Positions 45,544 to 60,500 of a stretch of 64,000 bases of DNA are shown piece after piece. The DNA is from Catajapyx aquilonaris. Its lineage: Eukaryota. Numbering within the stretch: position 1 is the first letter of the stretch; each line of letters opens with the position of its first letter. Made by a program: the position numbers and the translations under genes. The stretch spans positions 1 to 64,000 of the forward strand of contig JYFJ02001510.1 in assembly GCA_000934665.2 (NCBI GenBank), in the 5' to 3' direction. The notes under the pieces were generated by a model, which saw nothing but the letters and a program-made list of their open reading frames with translations, did no database searches and was not told where the DNA came from.

Positions 45544-48500
45544 ATGGTGTATGCCAAGTACTCGCAGCTGCCGGAGATCCCGCAGGAGGATGCGGGCTCG
45601 CAGCCGCAGGTGACCGTCGAACCACAGGACGAGGGTCATGGCCAACAGGTACGTTTTTTTTGTCTTGTTTTGAATGCTAGGCCTAGTTCTGATCGGGTGA
45701 GAACTACACGGAGATGTGTTCATGACGCGTTCGGTTTGCATCATGACATGCCCGCGCGTCGTGTGCAGCCAGACGAGAGGCGGGCGACGCGCCTTTTGAT
45801 ACAGGACATTATGCAGTTTGCATAGTGAAGCCTGGTAGTCACACAATCAGCTGTCAATACGCTATACATTTTAGCCGAGTTAGGTGGAATGTCATTCTCA
45901 TGCAATGTTCAGCTAGTCAGGTTTCTCACATAGTAAGCTTTACTAGTGTTCACACACTAGTGCTGATAAGTAGCAGCAAGAGCTAATAGCTCTTGGTAGC
46001 AGTGGTACAAAACACAAACATTAATTTCACACATGGCATAGTTGACATCCATTTTTTGGGGGCTGATATTGGCACAGAGCAGCTGTACTTATACACATGA
46101 GGTTATAGTATCAGCTAGATATACAGGGTGACTCATAAGTCAGGATGCATAGGTAATTGAATTGTATTGTTGGTTTCCAGTTGTGCCAACTAGGAGATTC
46201 TTGACACTTGATAAAGGTTGAGTTGGCGCAACTGGCAACCAACAATGTAATCCAATTACCTATGCATCCTGACTTTAGACTCACCCTGTATTTTAGTATC
46301 ACCAGTACATTTCATTGAAGATATTAATTTCAGGTATGAGGTCTAGTTGAGATCCATTTGTAAGCACCTTTTTGTACATGTTGTTAGCACAACATCATCA
46401 TGGTATCACCTAATGACTCACTAGTGCCAGTACATTTTATTGACGACATAAATTTCAGACTTGCACTTGCTGACAGCCATTTTTTGTAAATCATGCATTC
46501 TTTTTTTGTACTACTACTCTACTTGGTGCATGTGCAGTGACACGTAGTATCAGTTTATCATAACTGTCAGTAGTACCAGCACATTTTATAGAGGACATGG
46601 ATTTCAGCTGGTGACTTGACGTGCTCATTAGTTGGTGGGACTGATGCGTAGGCATTGCGTACCACACTAATGGAGCCATTATCGTGACATCTTTGATTAC
46701 TGCATGCACCACACATTCAGGGTGACATGTTTATTTCCACTGGTGTAGCACTGTGGCATAAAGAAATGTACACCTGTTATTGGCGAGAAATAAGGTCACC
46801 CGTACTATATAGGTCACTCTATCATTTATGAGGCGTCGGGGTGGTCAAGATTGCCACACATGACAACAGAGAAATAAGCTCGCGAAGCATGAGTGCCTTC
46901 TCGCTGAGACAACTCGAGCCAAAGCTGGTGGAAGTTGTAATAACAAAAAATATATCTTTGTCCCGAAAAAAACAAAGAGAAAGTAAAAAAGTTGTTGGAT
47001 GGGATTTTGGAGGCATCCGCCAAATCCAGCGCAAATGCCGCAGAAAGAGCATCCAGCCGGAAGCGATTTTGCGAGGTGGGCAAAAGGAAGTCACTGCCTT
47101 CACTGGACGGTATCCAGCAGACTATGTTTGAGACGATTCAGCACCTACTGCAAGAAGTTGAAATACGGTACTCAAAAATTTTGGCTAGACCTGCACTGCG
47201 TCAAATTATGTTTTTGTACCATATTTTGGAAAGCTGGTCTGTCAGTATGTCGCATTGTCATGTTTGCCGAACTTCCAGATGCAGAAGGCCGTGTCTGTTT
47301 GGATACCTGATTATTTGCATGCGAATAAACACGTTATCAGCTCCCCTATGGCGACGTCCAATCAGAAAGACGCCATTCAGTATTTATGTACCGCTGCAGG
47401 AAGGTTACCCCCACCAGTCGCCATCGCACAGTAAAATTGTAGAATTAATTGTTAATTGGTGCCAGTTGGGGCACACTAATCCAATGATCGGGAGAGCTCG
47501 GATTAAACTTGCCGTCCCGTTTAGACACACCGCAACATTGCCGTGAGAGTCGGATTATGATAAGCTAAGGATGTAGAAACACAATTAGATTTTTATCGGT
47601 GTGATATTTCTGGCTAGTTGGAAAACGGACTTTACGTGCCAGAAGCGCAACATGTTTCATTTGCCCGGTAATATCACGGGTGCACGTGAATTTGTTACGC
47701 ACTTGAAGGTCATTATGAGTGAAATAAATTGCGCGGTGTTTTATTTCCTGGTTGGCCATGGCAGTGAGTTTCAAACTGTTGGTACCCAAGCCTGGAGCAA
47801 AGCTTCAAAGACAACTTAATTCCACGGGCATATCGATCTAAACACCTTTTCAGTAGAAGGTCAGGTGTTTTTTTAAAGTCCGATTTTCCCTCAGGAGAAC
47901 GTGACCACACGCCATAGTAGGTTACCATTACATTAGGGCAAGTAGTATTACTTGGAGACCGTAATTTGCAAATTAAATACTCACATGGCCAACTTGCACA
48001 CTGGGAGTGTGTAAAAATTTTAAACCCCGCACCATGCAGGATACCGATATGGATTTCGCCATTCGCGAATTATGTATCAGCTTGTATTCCAGTTTCTTAT
48101 CAAGGAAGCCTTGCCTGGTGCAGCCAGATAAGCAATAATGGAATACGGTTTATGCGTCCAATGCAGGGCGGAAATGCGTGCTTTTGTCCAACAGGAAATG
48201 CGAAATATTTTGTGCAAAATTTATCGCACAAACTGTGTGTATCGGAAACCTTACTTATCGCCATTATATAAATTATGTGAAATAAGTTGGCGAAACGTCC
48301 ACATTATTTCAATTAGGTTGTACAAGTCGTGAGCCAACAACCTTGAGCGACATTCCAGTCGATGGATTGTCATTTGGGCCTATGTAGGCAAAGGTCACTT
48401 CCGCGTCCAGCCAGAATATACCTTGGGAAATATGCGGATTCGATTACCCCATACTTTTTCCTCATAAAAAGAAAATGTAGTGCCACGTTGCCAGAGCGCA

Positions 48501-51500
48501 CAAGGCTCCGGTATTCGCTGGAGGAGATCGATTCTCGACCTCGCCAAGTTTTTAGAGTCCAGCGCCACGTATTATATGTGAGACGCGTGGAAATAACTGA
48601 CTGCTTGCTGGGTCATGTTTGAACTTTGACCCTGATCAAACTAAGGCGTGATGAATTGCTGATGCTCAGCAAGTTGGGCAAGATTCGCTCTGAGGTCATT
48701 GCCGATCCCTCCCCAGTACTTTTATGATCAAACGTTTGATCATTTTTTATTTGTATGATAGGCATAATTGGTTGTTGTCGACCTGGTGAGACGTTGATTG
48801 AAGGGCTGGATGTCAATATGATGAGTAAACACAATTACATAGATTGAGCTTTCCGTGTGGGCCGATAATTATGGTGATGAGTTACTTGGTGATGGGAGGG
48901 ATGGAGAGGGAGGTGGCTACCAAATCGCGAGTCACGTGTGATTTTAATTTATTTTTATTATTCTTTGGGTGGTATTCTGGGGAGTGGACAACCGTTACGT
49001 CCTCGGCATGAAGTCCCGGGGGCAAAGTCCGTAGCTAATGTACACTCTAGAGACAACGTCACCTACATGACAAAAAATGAAAGGATTGGAGAGAGACCAA
49101 GTAGGAATCCGGTAGGACACAATGCACTTGGCCAATGTTATATTCGCGAGAAACAAAAAGCGTAATGAAATACTGCACCCAGCAAGTTACGGTGAGGAAA
49201 TGTAGGTTTTGCATACTAAAAACGTTGTATGCTGCGTTTTTCCCACTAAGTGAAAAGGTGAAAATACTTTAATATCATGCTATGCAGTTGCGTCCTTCAC
49301 TTCTGCGGCAAAAAAAGAAGTATTACACGCGGTTAATGGAATTGAGTTTACCCATTACATTAACGCCCACTTTAAAATGTAATATACAGAAATACGGCAC
49401 TTAATTTTCGCTAAGGGTTCTGTTAACTAAACATTAATACTGCAACGCAAAATTAATGGCTTGCCATCATTAGCTAATGAATTTTGTCCCAGCCTGTGAG
49501 GATGTACAGTAGTACATGATTCATGTCTGCCTGAGTTGCCATGTGCCCGTGTGCTGGTTAAAATAAGGAAACCTGGGTATAGCGGAATTTCCGTTGTATT
49601 TGAGTGGCATGTAGCAGAAACTTTTGTAACAGTATCCACCAAACGGAACGGGTTTGGCTGTATTTATTTGATCGGCCATATAATTCATAAATATAAAGTT
49701 TCATTGATCACCTTGCATGAACGGCACGGGCCTGTATGATTACAGGGGGGGACCAATTTCCTGCGGCCATGGAAATTCATAATCTGACAAGTTTCCTTGA
49801 AGTTTCGGTGGTTTCCCCGGCCCTCCTTCATCCGCGGCTAGTGGTGACGTATAGCATAAGAATCACAAGCGCCGCCCCGGGGCGAGGCCAACTGCGGGCG
49901 TCATAAAAGTTGACTGGGCAATTAATTCCCAGTACCCTGTTTCCAGACATTGGTCAGAAGCACTCCCCCAAGTCTGGCCTCAACTTTCTTCAAAGTCTAT
50001 ACTCCCCACAGTCGAAACCAGAAAGTGATTCAATTAGGACGTGTATCAATATAAGGGAGGGTTTGATCGCAGAAGGAAACATATGGGGCTATCTAGGACA
50101 GATTGGTGGTGCCCTCCCTCCCAGCGGGTAATTATAGTAGCCCCCTGCGGAAATGGTAATGAGTAGTGCGAATGAGGATTGCGGAGTGGACGGGATTTTC
50201 ACGGCGTCTTTTCGCACCGGAGGAATGCAGTACACAAAGGTAGGTTTTTTTTATATGGTATAGTGAGAACCGATCGTTTGAAGGCCAACGTGATACTTGT
50301 GCATGGAGAGATCTGGAGATGACGGGATGCTGCATGGTTGGGGAGAAGTGCATGCAGGTGGATGTAAAACCTTGGGGGTAAACTTGGCAGGAAACTGTGC
50401 TCTGTGGGACTTATGCGTGATAGACTAAATCCAAAACAAGTTGTTGATTGATGTATCAAATATTGTGTGAGAAACAAGGATCATCTTCGTGTCGGTCACG
50501 CAGAAAGTGCCAGCGGATTTCCAGAAGCCACTGCGGGGCTTTTTCAAATGACAGGGTTAATTATGAAAATTCTAGCAGAGAGGGGGTTATCCCGGACTGC
50601 TGCATGTACATTTCGAGGCAAATGCCATGTTTTCGTTTCAAGGACGAATGGCGGCGGTTTTAATCAGAACTTAATCAAGTCTGCAGAAGGCTCATCCGAT
50701 GTCTGCGGTTCCTTGTAATTTTCATGCCCTTCGAGCGTCCAGTTGATTTGCACAATTACTGGACCAAGCACATGTGGATCAGGATTTCGAAATGCTGGGA
50801 CGTGTTTGTAGCCCTCAATATGGAATGTACTGTAAGATAATAATGCACTGTATGTGTGTCAAGTATATGTTTGCAGTTATGTTGCTGCAGTAGTACTAAT
50901 CGCTCTTACCTTAGCCTTGGCTGACGAGTTGTTATTTTTGCTGACTTTCCATTGTATATACAAATATAAGATAGTGGGATATTTCATTGCCGTACATGTG
51001 AAGAAGGGGTCGGGTTACGCAACGTGCACTTGACTTGCCATATGCGTAGTGATTTATATTGTAATACATGAATGGCAATATGTGTCTAATGGAAATGCAG
51101 TTAGGGTGTGTTGGTGCAAGATGTTCGCTCCATGATGGGATGCATTACAAGTTAAAGTGCAGGTTGTGTGCGCTAGTAACGCTTTATTTTTATTTTTTGC
51201 AATCAATGCACTTGCATGCGGTTATTGGCCAGCCAGTGATCCGCAGAGGACATGCTTTCTCTATTTGCTAATTGGTATATTTGCCACTCGAGCATTAAAG
51301 GTCTCAGTTTGAAAGGGACAGCAAGGTAATGCAGTATTTAAAAACCACACTACTTATGGTTGTCTATAACGTGCAAGTGTGCAACACCCAAGTCGTAAGC
51401 CCGATATTATTTTGTGTTGTATAAATTCTTCCATATAGCACGAGCAAATTGCAATGCATTTTAATAACTGTCAGATTGCACATTATGTGGCAGAAATGTG

Positions 51501-54500
51501 AACAGCTGCAATGCACATAACGTTAGCCTACAGACCTGAAATTTATTTTGCGCGTACGAGATGCAAATACCATCATGTACGCTAACCATAAATGGACTGT
51601 ACACAATATGAATAGTTACTGAATGACAGGCTACGCTTATTGATAAAATGTTACATAATTTCTAAAAGATTAAATCACCACACGTTCATAAAGTAAAAAA
51701 TTACTCGATGAATATGACTAAATAGGAATTTATTATTTCGTATTATTTCGTATGAATATGACTATCAAATCCGGTAAAAAGTGACATCACATATCGTGTG
51801 GAGTTACATAATTCATAATACGCGCAGTATATGTCATTCAGGTTTCTGACACTTATGACAATGCGATGAATGACCGTTTGATCGACTCGATCGAATGAGT
51901 TGCGAGTAAAGTGTGCCATTGTTTTACGCGTAGCTGCAATCTCATGGAACACGTTACGACAAAAAACACTAATTTCTGCGTGACTTTTTTTGCTTATGAG
52001 TATATTGACTTCTTATATGAGTTACCGGTACCGTACTATAATTTTTTATGAATGAAAGGCAGGCTATAACGTGAAATGCATTCTCCGTAGTATTGAAGGG
52101 AGTGCCGATATAGCCCCTATATTTGCGAAGTAATGTACATTATACTGACTATTGTGAGTTATTCTAACTGGGCTCTGGATATCTTGATCTGACAAGTTTT
52201 TGTCAATTATGATTAGTAAGTGTGCAACAATTAGGCCGGTTGTATTCCTGGTATAGGAAAGGACCTCAGCGAAAATTTCCAATTATGCATACTGATACAG
52301 ATATTCACAGTGCAGTGCATAAGCCCACAAATTCAGATTTCTTCCGTAATCGTGCATGCGTGAATATGTGCTTGATCTTATACAGGGTAATTCACTTCTC
52401 GAGTTCCCAATTCAGGTTGGGAAGATGAAGTTATATGGATGGGTTATCCTAGTTTTAAAAGGATAAACAAGTGCTTCTCTTATAATATGGAGTAACCCAT
52501 TCATAATTGTCTCAGCTTCTCTCCTCTTCACCTAAGGACATGGACTGTGGACCACCTTGCACATCAGGCTACCTCATGACATCGCCCCATATAGCGTATA
52601 GAATGATTCGGTGGATCGTAACACTTACAATCATTTGTGGCTCATCATTAGGAACTGATCTGGGATACTCCCAGCAAGCAAAATAACCACGATGACATAT
52701 TGTTAGTCCTGAAACTTGCAAGAACCTTCTAACGTATGCTGGGAAGCTGGGAATATAGACTGTATTCAAAGTAGGTCGTCACACTCATGTACGACCCGCG
52801 AACCGCAAAAGCGCACCTATAGCCGTATGTGGGTTTCTTAAATTACGACTCGACTTCCTCGCGGCATGTCGCAAGTTGCAGTAAATTTTAAAGGGAAGTT
52901 CAACACTTTGGCATAGAAAGTAACGGTGGTAAATATCGATATTGGAGTTGACATTCTACATCGATCGTCAGCCCCAGCGACATTTTCAACGACGAGTGGC
53001 TCCTTGTCACAGGTGTGTCTAAGGAATGATTCCTACGACTCGAATATTGGTTGCTGGATCTGCTCTGGTGGCATTCAATATAATTTTTTCATTACTTTGA
53101 GAAATTTTGTGTTAATCGAAAGGGGAAATCGTTCCGGATGTGAGCCGTACTTTTTGACGTAATGCGGACGTTTCATATCAGGCAGCACATCAACACGCAT
53201 TCATGCAGTTGTATAAAGAAATAATGTCAAAGTGAGATCATGCCCGTACTGGCCGTTATTTTTTTATACACTGTATACTTGAACTGTTGCCACGCATTAG
53301 CACGTCGAATAAGCACGGAGTCTGGGATTATAAATGTTACGCAGCAGCATTGTAATAGTACAGTCATATAGAATGTTACTGTTGTATAGAATGATAATTT
53401 TTCAATATTTCTTTATCCATTTTAACTGTTGAAGGCCATGTACGAAATTGATGCATCTCCCGGTGGGCATTGTTAAGTAAATGTAAATTCCGGGGAATAT
53501 AACTTCCGGTGTCCCGCATAGTTTAGCTTTCAAGCAGTATAATATTGCCAACATGTAGGCTTTTTTCCTGAAATAAAATATTAAAAATTCGTTCCCTCTG
53601 AAATGCGTATCAGGGCCCGATCGACACGATGCGACCAACGAAGCAGCTGTTATAACCCAAAACCATATGTTTCACCTATATGTGGTTTGTGTCAGTGACG
53701 CTCACAGTCAGATGCCAACCGACGCCTGCATGCATGGTTTGGCCGATAATTCGTTTTTCCGGAGACGAGAGTACGCCTACATAATATTACAGTAGGCCTA
53801 CTACACTGTTCTCAGGTAATATTGAGTAGGTAGTTCGGGGCGCATTTGGAGTATATTGGACACACACAAAAGTTTAATAAATGCCAAATTTAGGAGGATA
53901 TAAGTACATCTTGCGCTGGAATGTTATCTTCAGGCCCGTTTCCTATATATCCAGGATCCGTTACTGAAAGGTTTCATTGCAGCATAGTATTCTGTTGAAT
54001 TGAGATTGGGCCTGTTTTAGCTCGGTACTGAATTGTAGCTATATATGTGCAAGGATTCGATGTATTGTGATTTCCCTGCTGGCAGCGCTCTGCGTTGCAA
54101 CACAACTCATTGGGGACAGGCGTAGAGTCTCTGCTTCCATTTATCCGCACGCTATTTAGCAGTATTATCATGCCGCATTACCTGTCGGAATCTGCATTCG
54201 TGGAACATACCTTGCTGGCACAATAAAGCCGCGAAGCGAATGGAACAAAGTCATGTGCTCAGATCAACACTTGTGAAAATCAGGCGGGCTTCTGACGCTA
54301 CAACCGCAAGTGTGGAAAGGAATATTATTTAAACACTGGGTGGTTTACCAGTGATTGCTATTAAGATATTACTCTGCAACAGCTACTTTTTGAAGCTATC
54401 TAAATATTAGCTGGCAATAATAAGCTCAATAGATTCTTAATTTGCTCGTAATTCCGGAGGTTCTAGGCTGCGAATAATGAGCTTAACTATTGGCTGGAGG

Positions 54501-57500
54501 TGCCAGTGGATTAAAATAGAATAAATGCCTATTGTCTCCAGATAAAAAATTATTAGTCCTGATATAATGATTTGCGCTCTTAACAATCGCCCCTCAATTC
54601 GCGATATCTATAGAAACTCTGATTAGAGTTTCACACTACCGTGCTGTAATTGCTACGAAAAGATACGCTAGATCTTCCCTGCTGTGGATATATCCGCATC
54701 TGACGGCAACAAAAGCAACAGACAGGTCTGTGGAAAGTGGATGGCGCCAACAACAAAGCCTTCATTGTTGAAGGGGCTGTGGCCTCCTGTGACCTTGTGA
54801 CGTCCCGCCAGTTTCCAACTTTGAACATTCATATCTTCCGTTTGGACTTTGGAGTGTCAAAAAGAAAAATAGGACTTTCATGCCTTTTTAAGGTCATGCT
54901 ACCTTTAAAAAAATACGCGTGCAAGTTTTCATTTTTTTAGGGGGAGTGGCACATTATTGAGCCATATTGATCGTAGGTCAAATAGGTTCTTCCATTCAAT
55001 CAAGCAAGTGCTTAATAATAAGTAGCGTATAGTTTTTAAAAAAATCTAGATCCACTTTGGTTGGCTGGTTGGGGGAGCCACAGCAACTAAGGCTCTCTGG
55101 CATATGAAAGAGTGAGAAAAAATTATTATTTTTAAGGCTGTGGCTCTCTCAAAAATCAAGGTAATATTATTTATGCTGTATGGTGGCCAGCCAACAGTGC
55201 TGGAGATGCTGCTGATTTTACTTTGCTTTTTGGTGGTAGTAAAAATTTCTAAACCAGTTGTTGTTCATACAGGAGGACGTGAAGAAGGAGTCTCCAGGTG
55301 GTTTGGAGGAGGCGGAGATGTGGTTGACTGTGGAAGAGGCCAGCCAATTGGAGGCAGGGGAGGTGTCTTGCCGCCTCCGCAGTGACCTCCGATCAGGATT
55401 GACTTGGCATGAGGCTGAGCTGCGTCGCCGGGTGGCTGGCTTCAACGAGCTGGAGGTCCAAGAGACAGACCCTGCCTGGAAGAAGTACCTGGAGCAATTC
55501 AAGAACCCACTCATCTTGCTGTTATTAGGCTCTTCACTGGTCAGTGTCTGCCTGAAACAGTTTGATGATGCTGTCAGCATCACTGCCGCCATCCTCATTG
55601 TGGTGACTGTTGCCTTTGTGCAAGAGTACCGCTCAGAGAAGTCACTTCAGGAGCTCAATAAGTTGGTGCCACCCACTTGCTACTGCTTAAGGGATGGACA
55701 TATTGAGGCTCTCCTGGCAAGGCAACTGGTTCCAGGTGATATTGTCCTTCTGGAGGTTGGGTACAGGGTTCCAGCTGATGTTCGTCTGGCTGAGGCAGTG
55801 GCTCTGGCACTGGATGAGAGCTCCTTTACTGGTGAGGCAGAACCATCACCCAAGACAGCTGAGCCATTGTTACCCACAGGTGGATCTGGAGGAGGGTCTG
55901 GGGGAGTTGGGACAGCTGCAAATCTAGCCTTTATGGGCACGCTGGTGCGATGTGGATCTGGAAAGGGAATTGTGGTGGCCACTGGGGAGAGGTCTAGGTT
56001 TGGTGAGGTGTTCAAGATGATGAGAGCTGAAGAGGTAAGACATTCATTAGTAATGACTCGGTATGTTGATTCTGGGGTAAGGTTCAGCAGCAACTCTCGA
56101 CTCGGGAGCAGTGGTTCCCAACCTTTTTCGGGTAGCGACCCCATTTTTATATAGTCAGGTAACCGGCGACCCCCCCCNTCGCCCAAATATTCGTAGACGA
56201 TTAAAGTAGTGTAGACATTTTTAAACATTTAAAACATGTAAAGCATGTAAAAACCCGCAGGTTGGAAACCACTGCTTTTGAGTCTAGAGCATTCAATTAT
56301 TTAATTGCCAAATTTTTTGGACCGGGTTAAAATTTTTTTATACAAATACCTGTGACCTGAAAAGCTTCATACTGATTTACCATTCATGTGTCAATATGAA
56401 CTTGTATTCACAGGTGGGAGGGAGAAAGGGAAGACCCTGTATGGGGAGAGAATATTGTGAAATGATGATTGCCACACAGGAGGGGAGGGTACAAAGCAAG
56501 GAAAATCGCATTGTGGACGCGGCATATAGTGGAAGATTGATCTCAGCATTATGCTGCAATTTTATTGGAATCGGTAGCTTTCATACATTTGGAGGACACA
56601 TGTACTGTACCTGATTCTTTTATGGTCTTATTGTCAAGGGAATGTAATCCAACCAAGCAGCTAAAAGCATTCTGCTGAAGCAGGCTAAATTAACCCAGAT
56701 TTGCAGAGAGTCCCCAACATGCTATAGGGGATGCCTCAATGACTCTAGAAATTAGATCACAGAATTTAGAAATATGCAAAAAATTATAATCCTTGTACAG
56801 ATGTTGTATATGTAGTCATTGTGTTGGTTTTTCATTTGATCATAAAAAGAAAATATTTTAAAAAATGAACAAAAAATTACTCAGGCATATCTGGGTTAAT
56901 GGCAGATTTTTTTTGGAAGGAATACAGATCATATAATTATGCTGTGCTGCCTATGTTACGTCATATGGCATTATATTGAAAGTTAAGGTATATATATTAT
57001 ACATTGTTACTGTTGTCGCTTTTATAGCCTCCGAAAACACCCCTGCAACGAAGCATGGACAGCCTTGGGAAGCAGCTGTCTCTCTACTCTTCAGGCATTG
57101 TTGCAGTGATCTCCCTGCTGGGGTGGGCTCAAGGGCGACCAGCGCTTGAAACCCTCAACATTGGGGTCAGTCTAGCTGTGGCAGCCATACCTGAGGGACT
57201 GCCAATTGTTGTCACTGTTACACTGGCCCTTGGAGTGATGAGGATGGCCAGACGCAATGCCATTGTTAAGAAGCTTCCCACTGTTGAAACATTGGGTAAG
57301 TTTATTAGTATTACATAAATTGTTCAATGTGTTACAATAGCAGTGGCACATGGCCTTGTGAAAATGCTGCACAGGTCCCATTTTTCCATATGTTAATAGT
57401 GCTATATGCAATCATGGCTCCACATGCCTGAAATTGAGTTTAGCACTTGCTGTACTTTTGTTACCTTGACAGGTGCACGTGGTAATGGTTACTGCGAATG

Positions 57501-60500
57501 GGAGAGCCATGACTTGTATTATACAGTATGGATGAGAACCGAACTTTAAAAGCGAGATGTTGTCTGGCAACATTACTGCCTGCATTTTATACTTCAAAAA
57601 TGTTACTTTGTAAATTTCAGAGTTTTAAAATTGGGAAGGGTTGGCTTTTTTTTCCCTTTATTGCACTATTGTTCAGTATTTTTATGTGATTACAGAACAC
57701 CAATGAGATGTTGGTTGCATAATCTAGTGCCCTCAGCATTAAAAATTACCTGAAATATGTGGACTTATTGAGTATCTGATATGAAATATTTGAAAACTGC
57801 ATTCCAGGTGAATTTCTGACTTGTGAGTTATCTTTAAGAAGCTGTATTTATTAAAATAACAGATGTGCTAAATAAAATTTAATATGACAAAATAATTTGT
57901 CATTAAAATTAAGATATATTTATTGTTTATGCAATTCCCAAGTTTGCAATTTTAAATTTCTACATTCAGTCAAATGCATGAGAGATTAAGAGGCTATACC
58001 ACATGCATTAGAATTCAGCTCACATGCTGTCAGTAGATGTGTTTATGAACATTTGTAAGTCACATTGGCCCCCTGGTTAATTAATGTTTCTGTCTCCTCC
58101 AGGCTGTGTGAATGTGATCTGTTCTGACAAGACTGGCACTTTGACCCGAAATGAGATGACTGTGACATCAATCCTGACTTCAGATGGTCATTGGGCTGAG
58201 GTGACAGGTGCAGGGTACAGTGGGGAGGGTGCCATTCACATCAGAAACATGAGCAAGGATGATGGGGATCCTAGCACTTATTCTGCCCGCGAAGCAGTGT
58301 ACCGTCTGTTGGAGGCTGGCTGTGTGTGCAACAATGCTGTCATCAATGGGGATAGCCTCAGAGGGCAGCCAACAGAAGGCGCTCTCTTGGCTGCTGCAAT
58401 TAAGGTGAGGGACTCCTCCAGTAGATATACATACAGGGTGCAGGAATTTAACATGCCTGCAGCCCCCACCCAACTCCTCTGATACGGTAGGGTACTTAGA
58501 ACGTCTCCACAACTGGGATTTGGGGCTGCAGGCCCTCCAGTGAGGCCCCAGACTCATTCGGGCGGGTGGCAGGCGAATCTGTGGAAGGAGGCTGAGGGCA
58601 TGCTGCGCGATGCTGTGCAGTGTGTTGGGGAAAATAAGCCTAGTGCTCTTGGCCTTGTTGAGGTTTTCTACCCATCCCACGAGAGCTCTGCAGTGGTTTG
58701 GATCTGGTTAGGATTCTGGTTCAGAAGGTTCAGAAGGCGACAAGGCGTTCACCTGAGGGAGTCGCGCCTCGCTGGAGCACTGGAAGTGTCAAATCCTTGG
58801 TCGGGGAGACTCTCTAAGTACCCCACCATCATCATAAAGCTAGGCTGGGAGTTAACGGGGGGCTGCATGCCTGTATCAATGAAAACTTTGCCACCACACA
58901 CCTCAGATACCTCACCTATTTTGACATACGCTGTAGTTATGTATGCCATTGGAAAGCCTGTTAGTGATTTTTCCAAATATTTGCTTACTGGTATCTATAG
59001 AGTGATTCACTTGCACACAACCCTGCTTTTGTGAAATTTTTGGGGAGAATGTGAAGAGTAAAGCTGTATGTAGTGGGTATGTCGTGTGAAAGTACTGGCG
59101 GAACACGATTGGCAGCCGGCCAAAATCTTCCCTCCCAGAGAGACAGATTGAACTGGCTACACTGCGCTGGCCATGTCACAGCAGGAGGGCAGGGACGCGA
59201 AAAATTCAAACAGCCCAGGCGACTCCATGCTTAGGTAGAGGACACAAATTTGGAAATTGGAGACGGGAGAGAGGGTGGGGGGTCCGAGGCGTGGCTGGCG
59301 TTCAAGGAGTAAAATTAGAGATGGGACCACAGTCATCCCGCAAGTGAAATTAACTGGAAAACTCGTGTCATGTCGCATTAACAGTTGCAGAGAAAACTGC
59401 ATGCGATTATGCATGTTATCAAGGACATCATGGGCATAGGTCACCCACACTCAAACAATCACTTCAGTTGTCGTCATGATATGATGATGTATTGTGATTT
59501 AATTAAATTCCTGCATTTAAGTGGTGAAACACTTTATGGCCAACCTGCAGGAGGCATCACTTGGCCGACAATCTTGCCTTCACAAAAGCACATACACGTT
59601 TGCACGTATGAAAAAACTGACAATGCATGAACATATCCGCACCACATTGGCACCCAACCTCAAGAAATCATGCAGCATCCCAAAACTATCAGTTTCACTA
59701 TACCAGCACCAACATGACACTAATGAATAATCAATTGGAAGCATTACAACAAAACGACTGCTTCAATCACTCATTGCTTTACAGAACTGTATCACCAATA
59801 CCCAGCTGTTCCCTTAACAACAAAAGACGTGATCCCCTCTTCAACAGAGACTATTTCTTCCACTACCGTGATGACCAAGGGGGAGCGTTATCTCACTTGC
59901 CTGTCAATGGCCACCCACTCATAGTCTGTAATACATTGTTCCATGCACCATCCTCTTTGCATGAGACTACCTTCTCACCCCTCAACTGGCCTGAGACGCA
60001 GGACCTCGGTTGGTTGAATTTAGATTTGGAGGTGGCCCACTTCAAAGGTGCACGTGTAAATAATCACAATTTCCCACTTATAATTCAAGAATTTTATAGA
60101 ATCACAATACATCATCATATCATGATGACAACTGAAGTGATTGTTTGAGTGTGGGTGACCTATGCCCATGATGTCCTTGATGACATGCATAATCACGTGC
60201 AGTTTTCACTGCAACTCTTAATGCGACATGACGCGAGTTTTCCAGTTAATTTCACTTGCGGGATGACTGTGGTCCCATCTCTAATTTCACTCCTTGAACC
60301 CCAGCCACGCCTCGGACCTCCCACCCCCTCTCCCGTCTCCAATTTCCAAATCTGTGTCCTCTACCTAAGCATGGAGTCGCCTGGACTGTTTGAATTTTTC
60401 GCGTCCCTGCCCTCCTGCTGTGACGTGGTCAGCGCAGTGCAGTGTAGCCAGCTCATCCTGTCTCCCCGGGAGGGAAGATTTTGGCTGACTGCCAATCGTG

